Shown: one piece after another, positions 1 to 11,058 of the stretch
Layout of the letters: each line of letters starts with the position of its first letter
Numbering within the stretch: position 1 is the first letter of the stretch
Assembly: GCA_963780425.1 (NCBI GenBank)
Contig: CAWABZ010000012.1
Coordinates: forward strand, 6,284-70,283
Direction: 5' to 3'
Length of the DNA: 64,000 bases
DNA from: an uncultured Chloroflexia bacterium
Lineage (GTDB): Bacteria > Chloroflexota > Limnocylindria > Limnocylindrales > CSP1-4
The notes under the pieces: model-generated
What the model was told of the DNA's origin: nothing
The model's database searches: none
The model's input: only the letters and a program-made list of their open reading frames with translations
Made by a program: the position numbers and the translations under genes

Positions 1-966
1 CCCGGTCATCGGCACCTTGGCGTCCCACAGCGGCGCGCCGTCGGTGTCACGGATGACCAGGTGTGGCGCGGGCCCGAACCCGTTCTGATGGAATGTGTAT
101 CCGCCGATCGCGAGCGGATCGTTGACGCGGATCGTCTTGCGCGCGACCTCGGTCCCGTTCTGGAAGACCGCGAGGTCGGTCGTGAAGTCGGTCGGCATGC
201 CGGTCTCGAAGCCGGGCGCCTCGAAGTCGAGGTTCTTGACCAGCAACAGGTCGCGGGTGCCGATGCTCTGGACGGTCAGCGACTCGCCCTCGGGCACGAC
301 CAGACCTTGCTCGTCGCCGAAGCGCGACGTGACCGCCGCGGCGGCGAGGAAGAGGATCAGGCCGAGGTGGGTCAGGAGCGTGGCGAGCTTCGTGTACTGG
401 TGACGATCGCCGTAGACGTAGGTCGTGCCGTCGGCGGCGGTCTCCTCGCGGACATGGAAGCCCCGCCTCCGGACGAGCCGCAGCAGGTCGGTCCCGGCGA
501 TGCCGGTCATGGCCGCCCGGTCGGGCACCAGCGGATCGAAGAACGGCTCGGGTTGGGCGACCCGCACCGAGGACACGTCCCGCCACAGCCGCGGCGTGCG
601 ATCCAGCGTGCACACGACGATCGACACGACCAGGACGACAAGGCCGATCCCGAAGATCGCCGACTTGAAGATCGAGAACGCGCCGAGCCGCTCGAGGACG
701 TTGACCAGCCCGGGACCCAGCACCGGGTCGTAGCGGATGTGGATCGTCTCGATGGCGTTGGCGTAGTCACCCGGCGACCGAAATGCGAAGTCGGGCAGCT
801 GCTGGAGGGTCATGCCGATGACCGCGAGGATCGACAGGAAGATGATCTGGACGACCGCGAAGTCGACCGACGTCAGCAGGCGCCAGATGCCGCGGCCGAG
901 CTGCGCGAGCGGGTTGGTGGGGATGCCCGCGGCGCTCGTCGCCCGGACGGCGGCCGGTGTCGCCAC
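1..966 (-). CDS. resB: Cytochrome c biogenesis protein ResB/Ccs1 family (5' part; the ORF is still open at the window start, so the gene continues upstream)
   Basis: Reverse-strand frame is open to position 1. Translation shows the ResB-like N-terminus (WRLLTSVDFAVVQIIFLSILAVIGMTLQQLP) followed by TM segments. Candidate GTG start at 966-964; not in the ORF track because it runs off the edge. Confidence 0.65.
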   Translation of the reverse strand, partial: MATPAAVRATSAAGIPTNPLAQLGRGIWRLLTSVDFAVVQIIFLSILAVIGMTLQQLPDFAFRSPGDYANAIETIHIRYDPVLGPGLVNVLERLGAFSIFKSAIFGIGLVVLVVSIVVCTLDRTPRLWRDVSSVRVAQPEPFFDPLVPDRAAMTGIAGTDLLRLVRRRGFHVREETAADGTTYVYGDRHQYTKLATLLTHLGLILFLAAAAVTSRFGDEQGLVVPEGESLTVQSIGTRDLLLVKNLDFEAPGFETGMPTDFTTDLAVFQNGTEVARKTIRVNDPLAIGGYTFHQNGFGPAPHLVIRDTDGAPLWDAKVPMTG

Positions 967-976
967 GGGATCGAGG

Positions 977-2206
977 CTAGACGCCGACCGTGGCGCGGCG
1001 CGCCGCGCCGCGTGCGACCTCGAGCGCGGCGGCGAAGTCGGACTGCAGGTCCTCGAGATCTTCGAGCCCGACCGAGACCCGGAGCAGGCCCGGCACGATC
1101 CCCGCCTCGAGGAGCTCCGCCTCGGACAGCTGGCGCTGCGAGGTCGACGGCGGGTGGACGACCATCGTGTGGACGCTGCCGAGCGAGGCGGTCAATTCGG
1201 GGAGTGCCATCGAATCGATGATCGCCCGCCCCGCCTCGCGGCCACCCTCGACCTCGAACGAGAGCATGCCGCCGCCGACGCCCGGGCGGAACTGGCGGAG
1301 CACGACATCGTGCTGGGGATGGCTCGGGAGACCCGGATAGATGACGCGGCGCACACCCTCCTGACGTTCGAGCCAGGCCGCCAGTGCCGCGGCGGTCCGG
1401 GCGTGCCGCTCGACGCGGACGGCCAGGGTCAGGATGCCGCGCAGGACGAGGAACGCATCGAACGGACCGATCGTGGCACCCGTGTCGTTCTGGACCGCCT
1501 CGACGCGCCGGATCAGGTCGGTCGGACCGGCGACGACACCGGCGATGACGTCGCTGTGGCCGCCGAGGAACTTGGTGCCCGATTCGACGACCAGGTCGGC
1601 GCCCAGCTCGAGGGGACGGCAGACGTATGGCGACGCGAACGTGTTGTCGACGATGTACGTGGCACCGTGCTCGTGGGCGAGGCGGGCGACCGTTCCGTGG
1701 TCGGTCACGACGGTCGTGGGATTGGCGATGGTCTCCGCGTACACGACCTTCGTCGGCGCCGCCGCGATGGCCGCAGCGGCTGCGGCGTTGTCGGTCAGAT
1801 CGGCGAAATCGACCCGTACGCCGAACCGCGCGAACGTGCCGGCCAGCAGCGTTCGGGTCGAGCCGTACGCCGCCAACGGCGCGACCACACGGTCGCCTGC
1901 CTGAAGATGCGACGCGAGGGTCGCATGGATCGCGCCCATGCCGGACGCGAGCGCCGTCCCGGCTTCACCACCGGCCAGCTCGGCGTAGGCATCGCCGAGG
2001 GCGCGGCTGGTCGGATTGGAGAGGCGCGAATAGGAGTATCCCGCCCGCGCATCGGCCACGACGTCGCCGAGCTCCTCGGCATCGCCCGAGGTGAATGTCG
2101 CAGTCTGGTAGATCGGCACGCTCGACGGCCGCTGGTCGACGCGAGGCACGCGTGAGGCGGCGCGGATCGCGCGGGTGGAGAAGCCCTTCTCGCCGATGTC
2201 GGACAC
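977..2206 (-). CDS. Cys/Met metabolism PLP-dependent enzyme (cystathionine gamma-synthase / O-succinyl- or O-acetylhomoserine sulfhydrylase family)
   Basis: 409-aa ORF with hallmark motifs of this family (YSRLSNPT, TKFLGGHSDV, SLGSVHT). Start is GTG at 2206. Confidence 0.85.
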   Translation of the reverse strand: MSDIGEKGFSTRAIRAASRVPRVDQRPSSVPIYQTATFTSGDAEELGDVVADARAGYSYSRLSNPTSRALGDAYAELAGGEAGTALASGMGAIHATLASHLQAGDRVVAPLAAYGSTRTLLAGTFARFGVRVDFADLTDNAAAAAAIAAAPTKVVYAETIANPTTVVTDHGTVARLAHEHGATYIVDNTFASPYVCRPLELGADLVVESGTKFLGGHSDVIAGVVAGPTDLIRRVEAVQNDTGATIGPFDAFLVLRGILTLAVRVERHARTAAALAAWLERQEGVRRVIYPGLPSHPQHDVVLRQFRPGVGGGMLSFEVEGGREAGRAIIDSMALPELTASLGSVHTMVVHPPSTSQRQLSEAELLEAGIVPGLLRVSVGLEDLEDLQSDFAAALEVARGAARRATVGV

Positions 2207-2295
2207 GCCGCGATGCTACACCGCGCGCGGGGTCGGGCCCCGATTGACGTCGCGCGGCACCCGGCGCACAGTCGACGTGAACAGAGGTGCCACCA

Positions 2296-2657
2296 TGGAT
2301 ATCCCGGCCACCCTGGTCATGATCATCGTCGGTGCCGCCCTCGTGGCGTGGATGACCAACCCGCGCACGGGGCAGGCGCTCGATGCGTGGGCGTCCGGCT
2401 TCATCGGTTACCGCAGCGCGGGCTGGCCGCACGGCGTCCAGGAAGACGAGCCGGTCCATTTCACCTTCTCCGAGCCAAGGGACCCGGACGCACCTGACCC
2501 CGGCCGTCTCATGCAGAAGCCGAGATCGTCGAGCTCGACAACCCGGCCGATGACTCTCGACGAGAACGGAGCTGGTTCGGGCGGCTCTAGGCGGCGAGAT
2601 CGTCGAGATACACGACGGTCAGCCTTGGGATCGATCGGATCCTACGGTCATTGGTGA
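2296..2657 (+). CDS. Hypothetical small membrane protein (C-terminus uncertain)
   Basis: ATG at 2296 preceded by AGAGGTG RBS. One TM helix (ATLVMIIVGAALVAWM). The 3' end overlaps vapC and may be shorter. Confidence 0.3.
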
Positions 2658-3021
2658 CGAACGCCGTCGCTTCGGCGTTCCGAGCGGTTGCCAGATGAAC
2701 AGCATCCTCGATGCCGATGCCCAGTGACCCTCGGATCCAGGCCGCGTCCTCTGCGACGCCTCCATCGAGCGGCATCACGCGAAGGCGTGAGTCTCGGATG
2801 GTTTCAGCCGTGAGCTCGAAGACCTGGGCATCGCCCGATCTTGCCGGCCCGACGAGCACCTCGATCAGCCCGACGGCCGAGAGCACACCCTCACGCTCGC
2901 CGGACTCGATCGAATCAACGAGGATCGCGGCCGCCTCGGCGAGCGGCCCCGCGGCCTCGAGCAGGTAGATCAGCACGTTGCTGTCCAGCGCGATCCGCCG
3001 ATGGGGTGCTAGATCGAGCAT
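2587..3021 (-). CDS. vapC: PIN-domain ribonuclease toxin VapC
   Basis: 144 aa with PIN signature (IALDSNVLIYLLE ... VTNDRR). Confidence 0.85.
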   Translation of the reverse strand: MLDLAPHRRIALDSNVLIYLLEAAGPLAEAAAILVDSIESGEREGVLSAVGLIEVLVGPARSGDAQVFELTAETIRDSRLRVMPLDGGVAEDAAWIRGSLGIGIEDAVHLATARNAEATAFVTNDRRIRSIPRLTVVYLDDLAA

Positions 3022-3295
3022 GGGCGATCAACTCCTCTCGCTCGCGAGCCCGCGCTTCCGACTCATCCCGAAGCCTTCGAACGAAGGTCACGGGGTCGGG
3101 TCCGTACCAACCCCGGCCGGCGGCGAGGCCCCGCAATCGATCGGACGGCCGTCGCGGCCGTTTGCGGAGGACGAGGCTGTCCTCGGTGATCTCGACGTCG
3201 AGTCGGTCGCCGGCCTCGATGCCCAGGTCATGGCGTGCTGCACTCGGAACGACGATCTGATGCTTGGTACTTACCTTGACACTTAGCATATCCAT
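2915..3295 (-). CDS. vapB: AbrB/SpoVT-type antitoxin VapB (3' end probably earlier, near 3009)
   Basis: N-terminus (LSVKVSTKHQIVVPSAARHDLGIEAGDRLDV) is a SpoVT/AbrB swapped-hairpin domain. The ORF as written overlaps vapC by 106 nt. A TAG 10 nt into vapC is in a different reading frame; VapB would terminate there if it carries an upstream indel. Confidence 0.65.
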   Translation of the reverse strand: MDMLSVKVSTKHQIVVPSAARHDLGIEAGDRLDVEITEDSLVLRKRPRRPSDRLRGLAAGRGWYGPDPVTFVRRLRDESEARAREREELIAHARSSTPSADRAGQQRADLPARGRGAARRGGRDPR

Positions 3296-3340
3296 CGATG
3301 CTAAGCGATCTCGAAATCAGCGGTCAAGGGCGCGCGCCAA

Positions 3341-3366
3341 TGTTTGTGGTTCTCTCCTACAAATCC
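3341..3366. promoter_or_regulatory. Candidate ROK/XylR operator (imperfect palindrome TTTGTGG-N-CCTACAAA) in the vapB-xylA divergent region
   Basis: tgtttgtggttctctcctacaaatcc lies 52 nt upstream of the xylA GTG. A related 26-mer sits at 11059-11084, next to the ROK regulator start. Confidence 0.4.
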
Positions 3367-3417
3367 GAGTGCTAGGCTGCGAGGGCAGGGCGGCATGGTT
3401 CGCGAGGAGGGATCGGC

Positions 3418-4755
3418 GTGGGCGAGGCGTTCTTCACCGACGTGGCGGGGCCGATCCGGTACGAAGGCCTGGACTCCACGAACCCGCTGTCCTTCAAGGT
3501 CTACGACCCCGACCGGATGGTGCTGGGCAAGCGCATGGAGGACCACCTCCGGATCGCGGTCTGCCTGTGGCACTCGTTCGCGTGGCCGGGCTCTGACGTC
3601 TTTGGCACAGGCACGTTCGACCGGCCGTGGAACGCCATCGGGCGCGATCCGCTCGAAGCCGCGACCGAGAAACTCGACGCCGCCTTCGAACTACTCACAA
3701 AGCTCGGCGTCCCCTACTTCACGTTCCACGATCGCGACGTCGCCCCGGAAGGACGCACGTTCGCCGAGACCAGGTCGATCCTCGACGCCGTCGTGGACAC
3801 GATCGAGGGTCACATGCGGCGGACCGGACTCCGGCTGTTGTGGGGCACGGCCAACCTGTTCAGCCACCCGCGCTATGCCGCGGGAGCCGCGACCAACCCC
3901 GACCCGGAGGTGTTCGCCTACGCCGCCGCCCAGGTCAAGGACATGCTCGAGGCGACGCACCGGCTCGGTGGCGCGAACTACGTCCTGTGGGGCGGCCGCG
4001 AAGGCTACGAGACGCTTCTGAACACCGATCTCGCGCGCGAGGAGCGCCAGCTCGCACGGTTCCTCACGCTCGTCGCGGAGCACAAGGCGAAGATCGGGTT
4101 CGAGGGCACGCTGCTCCTGGAGCCCAAGCCGCAGGAGCCGACCAAGCACCAGTACGACTACGACTCCGCGACCGTCCACGGCTTCCTCCTCCGCCACGGG
4201 CTGGAGGGCGAGTACCGCGTCAACATCGAGGCCAACCACGCCACGCTGGCCGGCCACAGCTTCCATCACGAGATCGCCTACGCGACCGCGAACGGGATCT
4301 TCGGCAGCATCGACGCGAACCGCGGCGACTACCAGAATGGCTGGGACACCGACCAGTTCCCGAACTCGGTCGACGAGCTCGCGCTGGCGCTGTACGAGAT
4401 CCTCCGCTTCGGCGGATTCACGACCGGTGGCTTCAACTTCGATGCGAAGCTGAGACGCCAGAGCATGGACCGGACCGACCTGTTCCACGGTCACATCGGC
4501 GGGATCGACACGCTGGCACGGGCGCTCCTCGTGGCGGGTGACATGATCGAGGCGGGTGACCTGGAGCGGCGCCTGGATGCCCGATATGCGGGCTGGAACG
4601 AGGGCCTCGGAACCGAGATCCTTGAAGGGGAGGCATCGCTCGAGACACTCGAGGCTCGCGTGGCGGCGGGCGAGATCGATCCCCGGCCGACGTCGGGGCG
4701 ACAGGAAGCACTCGAGAACCTCGTCAACCAGCGGATCTGGGCCGCGGACCGCTAG
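3418..4755 (+). CDS. xylA: Xylose isomerase
   Basis: 445 aa, type II xylose isomerase with full-length match ([22 protein letters not shown]; [12 protein letters not shown]). GTG start, GGAGG RBS. Confidence 0.95.
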   Translation: MGEAFFTDVAGPIRYEGLDSTNPLSFKVYDPDRMVLGKRMEDHLRIAVCLWHSFAWPGSDVFGTGTFDRPWNAIGRDPLEAATEKLDAAFELLTKLGVPYFTFHDRDVAPEGRTFAETRSILDAVVDTIEGHMRRTGLRLLWGTANLFSHPRYAAGAATNPDPEVFAYAAAQVKDMLEATHRLGGANYVLWGGREGYETLLNTDLAREERQLARFLTLVAEHKAKIGFEGTLLLEPKPQEPTKHQYDYDSATVHGFLLRHGLEGEYRVNIEANHATLAGHSFHHEIAYATANGIFGSIDANRGDYQNGWDTDQFPNSVDELALALYEILRFGGFTTGGFNFDAKLRRQSMDRTDLFHGHIGGIDTLARALLVAGDMIEAGDLERRLDARYAGWNEGLGTEILEGEASLETLEARVAAGEIDPRPTSGRQEALENLVNQRIWAADR

Positions 4756-4791
4756 GTCCGAACGCCAGGTCACATCGGCTCGGATCGGCCA

Positions 4792-6316
4792 ATGCCGCAC
4801 GTCATCGGCATCGACGTCTCGACGACCGCGACCAAGGCTGTCGTCGTCGATAGCTCGGGCGCGGTCGTCGGCAGCGGCGCGTCCGCGTACGACTTCGAGG
4901 TACCGCGACCCGGCTGGACGGAACAGCACCCCGGCCTGTGGTGGGACGCCACGGTCGCCTCCCTCCGGCTCGGTCCTGGCGAGCACGGGCATCGCCGCCG
5001 ACGAGGTGGCGGCGATCGGACTGACCGGCCAGATGCACGGGGCGGTCCTGCTCGATGCCGCGGACACCGTCCTGCGACCGGCGATCCTGTGGAACGACCA
5101 GCGCACCGCCGAGGCGTGCGACGAGATCCGGGCCGCGCTCGGACGGGAGCGCTTGATCGCGATCACGGGGAACGACGCGCTGACCGGGTTCACGGCACCG
5201 AAGCTCGTCTGGGTGCGCGACCACGAACCGGAGATCTGGGCACGGGTCGCCCATGTGCTCCTCCCCAAGGACTACGTCCGGCTGCGGCTGACCGGGGAGC
5301 ACGCGCTGGACAAGGCCGATGGCGCGGGCACCCTGCTGTTCGACCTCGCGCGACGCGACTGGTCGCCGGAGGTGCTCGCCGCGCTCGGAATCGATCCGGC
5401 CTGGCTGCCGCCGACGTACGAGGGACCCGTGGTCACTGGGTCCGTGACGAACGAGGCGGCCGCAGCGACCGGGCTGCGGGCGGGCATACCGGTCGTCGCG
5501 GGTGGCGGCGACCAGGCGGCCAATGCGGTCGGTGTCGGCGCGGTCAGCGCCGGTGTCGTGGCCCTGTCGCTCGGGACGTCGGGGGTGGTCTTCGCCACGA
5601 CCGACGAGCCGCTTCGGGACCCGGCGGGACAGGTCCACGCGTTCTGCCATGCCGTTCCCGGCCGCTGGCACATGATGACCGTGATGCTGTCGGCGGCGGG
5701 CAGCCTGCGCTGGTTCCGCGACGCGCTCGCACCGGGCGAGGACTTCGGGTCGCTCGCAGCGGCCGCCGCCGAGGTCTCCCCCGGCAGCGACGGCCTGCTG
5801 TTCCTGCCGTACCTGACCGGGGAGCGGAGTCCGCACCCGGATCCGCTGGCGCGCGGTGCGTTCGTCGGCCTCACGATCGGTCACGATCGACGGCACATGA
5901 CGCGCGCCGTGCTCGAGGGTGTCGCGTTCGGACTACGCGACGGGCTCGACCAGATGATCGCGGCCGGCATGCCGGCCCCGTCCCAGGTCCGGGCTTCGGG
6001 CGGCGGCACGGCCAGCCCGCTGTGGCGCCAGATCCTGGCCGATGTGCTCGGCGCCGAGCTGGCGACGGTCAGCACCACCGAGGGCGCGGCCTATGGTGCC
6101 GCCATGCTTGCGGCGGTCGGGGCCGGCTGGTTCGAGTCCGTGGAGGCCGCCGCCCGAGAACTGGTCAGGGTCAGCCCGGCGGCATCACCGGGGCCGGATG
6201 TCAAGCGATATGCAGACGCGCACGAGGCGTACCGCGAGCTCTACCCGGCGCTCGCGCCGACCTTCCACCGGACCGCCGAGCGCACGGGCGCCAGCGCCCC
6301 AGAAGTCGACCGCTAG
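4792..6316 (+). CDS. xylB: Xylulokinase (FGGY kinase), apparent +1 frameshift near 4961-4975
   Basis: N-terminus MPHVIGIDVSTTATKAVVVD...WWDATVASL is in one frame. The rest (VLASTGIAADEVAAIGLTGQMHGAVLLD ... to stop at 6316) is in the +1 frame. Confidence 0.85.
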
Positions 6317-7107
6317 CCGCGCAGCTCGAGTTGCGCGAGCTCCGTCTGACTGGCCTCCTTGGGCCGCTTGCCGAGGATGATCATCCCGAGCACCTCATCC
6401 GGGGTCACGTCGGCCTTGTTCACGATGTCGACGATCCGGCCGTGGTACATGACCGCGATCCGCTCGGAGAGATCGAACACGTCGTGGATATCGTGGCTGA
6501 CCAGGAAGATCCCGATGCCCTCACCCTTGAGCTGGCGGATCAGGTCACGCACGCTCGCCGTCTCGGCCGGACCGAGCGCCGCCGTCGGCTCGTCCATGAT
6601 CAGGATCCGCGCATTGAAGTAGACCGCACGGGCGATGGCGACGGCCTGGCGCTGCCCGCCCGACAGCGACTTCACCGGCAGCGCGAAGCGGGTGAAATTC
6701 GGGTTGAGGCGGCCCATCACCTTGCGAGTCTCGGCCTCCATGCTCGAGTCATCCAGGCTACCGAGGCGCGTCGTCAACTCCCGCCCGAGGAACAGGTTGG
6801 CGGGGGCATCGATGTTGTCGGCGAGGGCCAGTGTCTGGTAGATCGTCTCGATGTTGTAGGCCTTGGCATCGCGCGGGTTGGTGATGACGACGGGCTTCCC
6901 GTCGATCCTGATCTCACCCGAGTCCGCCGGGTGGGCACCCGACAGGACACGCATCAACGTGGACTTGCCTGCCCCGTTCCCCCCGACCAGCCCGACGACT
7001 TCGCCGGCTTGCAGATCGATGGTGACATCCTCGACGGCGTGGACGCCGCCGAACGCGACGTTGACGTCGCGCATCTCGACGAGCGGCGGTGCCGCGACTG
7101 TCGTCAT
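6313..7107 (-). CDS. Sugar ABC transporter ATP-binding protein (single-ATPase CUT2-like)
   Basis: 264 aa with Walker A (GGNGAGKST), signature (LSGGQRQ) and Walker B ([11 protein letters not shown]). Confidence 0.9.
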   Translation of the reverse strand: MTTVAAPPLVEMRDVNVAFGGVHAVEDVTIDLQAGEVVGLVGGNGAGKSTLMRVLSGAHPADSGEIRIDGKPVVITNPRDAKAYNIETIYQTLALADNIDAPANLFLGRELTTRLGSLDDSSMEAETRKVMGRLNPNFTRFALPVKSLSGGQRQAVAIARAVYFNARILIMDEPTAALGPAETASVRDLIRQLKGEGIGIFLVSHDIHDVFDLSERIAVMYHGRIVDIVNKADVTPDEVLGMIILGKRPKEASQTELAQLELRG

Positions 7108-7117
7108 CTGTCGCCTC

Positions 7118-8441
7118 TCATGAGCTGCTACGCCGGCGGTTGAAGGTGTCGAAGCCGACCGCGAGGATCAGCACGATCCCCGCCACGATGTTCTGGCCCG
7201 GGGAGTTGACGCCGATGAAACTCAGACCGTACGCGAGCGACGCCAGCACGAAGGCGCCCAGGACTGCGCCTGGGATGGTCCCGATGCCGCCGGCGAACGA
7301 GGTGCCGCCCACGACGGCCGCGGCGATCACATAGAGCTCGTAGCTCTGGCCGACATCGAGAGTGGCACCGTTGAGCCGCGCGGATGCGATGGCGGCAGCG
7401 AGGGCACACAGCACGCCCATCAAGACGTAGGTCTTCAGGATCGTCCAGCGGGTATTGATGCCGGCCAGCTCTGCGGCGTCTGGGTTGCCTCCGTAGGCGT
7501 AGACGTACCGCCCGAACCGTCGCCGGTTGGCGATGAATGTCATCACGAGGGTCACGCCGATCAGCAGCATGATCGGGTACGGGAAGCCGGTCGGGATCTT
7601 CCAGCCGCCTGCGGGCGCCGGCCCCCAGTTCTGCTCGATCGCGATCCGATTGGCGAGGCCCTGCGGCCAGAGGTTCGCATTGGCGAACGCGGCCACTCCG
7701 AGGACTGCGACGCAGCCGATCACCCCGAGCAGCACCTCCGCCCACATCGGCCGCAGCGGGAAGCCGAACCTTCGCCGCTGTCGTCGGCCGTTGATGAGCA
7801 ACCCGATGATCGCCACGCTTCCGATGATGCCGACGACCCAGGTCGCCGGGCCCCCGATGGAGCCGATCGCTCCGCCGCCGATCAGCTGGAAATCCCGGTC
7901 CAGCCCGGATACCGCGGCGCCGCTCGAGAGGTACCACACGAAACCGCGGATCGTGAGCAGACCGCCCAGCGTGACGATGAACGAGGGCACCCCGACGTAG
8001 GCGATGATGAAGCCCTGCAATCCACCGATGGCGGCGCCCATGAGCGATTCCCATGCCGAGGGCGATGACCCAGCGGAAGGGGAAGTCAGCGGGCAGGCCC
8101 AGCACGTCGGGCAGGATCTCGGTCATCAGGAGCGCATAGGTCATGGCGATGATGCCGACCAGCGATCCCACCGAAAGGTCGATGTTGCGCGAAACGATGA
8201 CCAGGACCATGCCGGTCGCGATGACGGCGATGCCCGACGCCTGGACGGCCAGGGTGACCATGTTGGTGGGCTGGAAGAACTTGCCCCCGCTCAGGATGTT
8301 GAACGTGAGGAGGATCGCCGCCAGCGCGACCAGCATCCCGAACAGGCGGAGATCGATCTCCGTCGCCGCGATGAGTCCGCGGATCGAGGTGCGAGGCGGC
8401 GCCTGCGCCTGACCCGGAGCCGCGTCGGCCACGTTCGTCAC
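7118..8441 (-). CDS. Sugar ABC transporter permease (XylH/branched-chain-type), frameshifted by a 13-nt insertion near 8035-8053
   Basis: N-terminal half (NIDLSVGSLVGIIAMTYALLM ... WVIALGMG) is in one frame. The C-terminal half (AAIGGLQGFIIAYVGVPSFIVTLGG...) is in another. The junction shows duplicated cccatg flanking agcgatt. GTG start at 8441 with GGGAGG RBS. Confidence 0.8.
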
Positions 8442-8526
8442 GGCGACCCTCCCGATGGGCGATGACAGAAACGGCCTGCGTGCTCGATGGCACGCAGGCC
8501 GTGACGATTTCAGCGCGAGGCGCTGA

Positions 8527-9714
8527 TCACTGGCAGGCCGCCGGCGGGTTCGCCGTGACCTTCTCGCAGAGCTTCTCCTTGGTGATCCAGCCACCGTCGA
8601 CCGCCAGGTTCAGGTTCTCGGCGGTGAGCGGAGTCGGCTGAAGGATGAACGAGCTGACGGTGTTGCCGTCAGGGGTGGTGAAAGGCTGAGCCGTCAAGCC
8701 GGCCGCCGGCGCGACGCTCGCTTCGACGAGGCCGTCTGGGAGCGACAGGCTGGCCATGGCCGTGCCCTTGCAGAGTTCGAGGGCAGCGGCGCCGGCAGCC
8801 TTGCCGAGCTCGTTGGCGTTCTTCCAGACGTCGACGTACTGGATCCCGGCGGCGACGTTCTGCAGGTTGGCCTCGTCGCCGTCCTGGCCACTCAGCGGTG
8901 GGTAGCCGTAGCTCTTGGCCGTGAGGGCAGCCGCGACGCCGAGTGCCGTGCTGTCGTTCTCCGCCAGGATGGCGTCGATCTTGGTGCCGTCGGCGACGGC
9001 CTTGTCGATGATGGCCTCCATGTTCTGCTGGGCCTTCTCGGTCTTCCAGGCGTCCGTGAACGTCCCGTCAGGGCCGTTGAGGATCGTGATCTTGCCAGCG
9101 TCGACCGCGGCCTTCAGTCCGGCGTCGTCCCAGCCCTGCGGCAGGAACGTGGAGGCGTTCGGGTCACCCGGGTCGCCCTTGATGAGGACGTAGTTGCCTT
9201 CCGGGACCTTGGCCAGGATCGCCTCGGCCTCGGCCTTGCCGACAGCGACGTTATCGAACGTGATGTAGAGGATGCTGGGGTCCTCGATCAGACGGTCATA
9301 GGCGATGACCGGGATCCCGGCGTCCTTGGCCTTCTGAAGGCCGGGCAGGACCGCCTTGGTGTCCTGCGCGAGCAGGATCAGGACGTTGGCGCCCTTCGAG
9401 ATCAGCGTGTCGATATCGGTCAGCTGCTGCTCGTTGCTGAGATTCGCGTCGGCGTCGATGTACGTGCCGTTGCCAGCCTCGACCGTCGCCTTGATGTTCG
9501 GCTGGTCGTTCTTGGCCCAGCGCGGCTGCTGGTAGTTGTTCCAGGACACGGCGACTGTGCACGCGGCTGCGCTCGCACTCGGTTCGGTCGACGCCGCGCT
9601 CGCGGGCGCGCTCGCGCCGGTGCTTGGTGCCGTGGTGGCGCCGCCGCCGCTCGAGCAGGCGGCAAGGACGAGGACTGCGCCCACCGTGAGCGCGGTCATC
9701 CGTCGAATGGACAT
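8527..9714 (-). CDS. Sugar (xylose-type) ABC transporter substrate-binding lipoprotein
   Basis: 395 aa with signal peptide and lipobox (LAACSS), periplasmic-binding-protein type I fold. GGAGGAG RBS. Confidence 0.9.
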   Translation of the reverse strand: MSIRRMTALTVGAVLVLAACSSGGGATTAPSTGASAPASAASTEPSASAAACTVAVSWNNYQQPRWAKNDQPNIKATVEAGNGTYIDADANLSNEQQLTDIDTLISKGANVLILLAQDTKAVLPGLQKAKDAGIPVIAYDRLIEDPSILYITFDNVAVGKAEAEAILAKVPEGNYVLIKGDPGDPNASTFLPQGWDDAGLKAAVDAGKITILNGPDGTFTDAWKTEKAQQNMEAIIDKAVADGTKIDAILAENDSTALGVAAALTAKSYGYPPLSGQDGDEANLQNVAAGIQYVDVWKNANELGKAAGAAALELCKGTAMASLSLPDGLVEASVAPAAGLTAQPFTTPDGNTVSSFILQPTPLTAENLNLAVDGGWITKEKLCEKVTANPPAACQ

Positions 9715-9820
9715 CGTTGACTCCTCCTATGCCGTAGCGCCTCGAGTGACTCGATGTCGAACCCAAAGGCTACCATCGGTTGTTCCCCGCGCCCCCTGTC
9801 GGCTCCTCCTTTCTACGATC

Positions 9821-11057
9821 TCAGGCGCTTGCCAACGCGGGCAGGGCGACGCGGGGTCGCAGCCAAGCCGCGGGATCGGCGAGCAACGGTTCGAATGCCA
9901 GCTCCGCGGCGCCGAGCAGTGGTGCGTCGGCCCCCAAGCTGGTCGTGACGACATGGACGATGCGGCGCGACGCGCGCAGGACACGCCGATCGAGCTCGGC
10001 CTCCAGCGTCGACCGGACGAACGGATAGCTCGCGGTCAACCGACCACCGAGCACCACGAGCTCCGGGTTGAGGATGTTGATGATGCCGGCGAGACCGATC
10101 CCGAGCCAGCGGCCGGTCTCGGCAAAAGCGGCGAGCGCGACCGGATCGCCGGCCTCCGCCGCGGCAAGGACCGCGTCGACGGCGTCGTTTCCACCCTCCG
10201 GCGGTCGACCGGCGCGGCGCAGCAGGGCGCTCGTCCCGACCTCGGTCTCCCAGCAGCCCAGGGACCCGCAGCGACACGGCCGCCCGTCGGGGTTGACCGG
10301 GATGTGCCCGACCTCGCCGCTGTAACCGGCGACGCCCGTCAGCGGCTCGCCGTCCACGACGAGGCCACCGCCCACGCCGACCGACCCCCAGACGAGCACG
10401 ATGTCGTCGATACCGCGGGCGACGCCACGTCGATGCTCCGCGAGGGCCGCCAGGTCGGCGTCGTTGGCGAACGTGATCGGCACGTCCCATCCGAGGGCCT
10501 CTGCGAGATGCACGCCGAGCGGCTCATCGCGCCAGCCCAGGTTGGGAGCCGTCGACACCATGCCATCCCTCCGGCGGACCACACCGACGACGGCGACGCC
10601 GACGCCGACGATCGCGTCCGGCGCGGGGAGACGATCTCGGACAGAGACCGCGAGAACCGCCAGCTCGGCGGCGATGTCGATCACGCTCGACCGCCCGCGC
10701 GGGAGATCGACCCGGATGAGGTCCACGACCTCGCCGCCCAGCCCGACCGTCGCCGCCGCAAGTGAGTCGACGGCGATCTCGAGAGCGAGTACCACCGCGC
10801 CGTTCGGATCCGGCCGGACGAGAGGCGACGGCCGCCCCGGGGTGCCGTCGAGGGTCGCAGGCCCTTCGGTCGCAAGGCGCCCAGCGACAAGCTCCCCGAT
10901 GAGTCCACGGATGGCACTCCGGGTCAGGCCGGTGCGGCCGACGAGCTCGGAGCGCGAGAGCGTGCCGCTGCCATGCAGTTCGCGCACGATCGTGCTCAGG
11001 TTCGCCCGCCGAACGGTCTCGCTCCGGTGTCCGAGCTCGTCCCGACCGATCAACACG
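9821..11057 (-). CDS. ROK-family transcriptional regulator (XylR-like)
   Basis: N-terminal HTH (LSTIVRELHGSGTLSRSELVGRTGLTRSAIRGL) plus a ROK sugar-kinase-like domain with Zn-binding GHIPVNPDGRPCRCGSLGCWE. Start most likely GTG at 11057 (AAGAGGA RBS). The track's TTG at 11080 is less likely. Confidence 0.85.
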
Positions 11058-11058
11058 A

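Noticed and set aside
61-2155. Long plus-strand ORFs (61-1221, 812-2155, 1434-1904, 1627-2094) rich in R/G/D/E
   Set aside because: They are antisense or off-frame to the ResB and Cys/Met-PLP genes, have low-complexity composition, and show no domain signature. Typical high-GC shadow ORFs.
2207-2295. Possible SAM riboswitch (SAM-IV) upstream of the Cys/Met-PLP gene
   Set aside because: I could not recognise the conserved SAM-IV/S-box core helices or pseudoknot by eye. It needs a covariance-model search (Infernal/Rfam) before any claim.
4556-4791. Upstream ATG (4556) extending xylulokinase to 586 aa
   Set aside because: The extension overlaps the xylA 3' end out of frame and is low-complexity (R/S-rich). 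The native kinase N-terminus (MPHVIGIDVS) is at 4792 in another frame.
3691-5268. 525-aa minus-strand ORF overlapping xylA/xylB
   Set aside because: Antisense to two strongly supported genes; its composition is R/A/V-rich noise.
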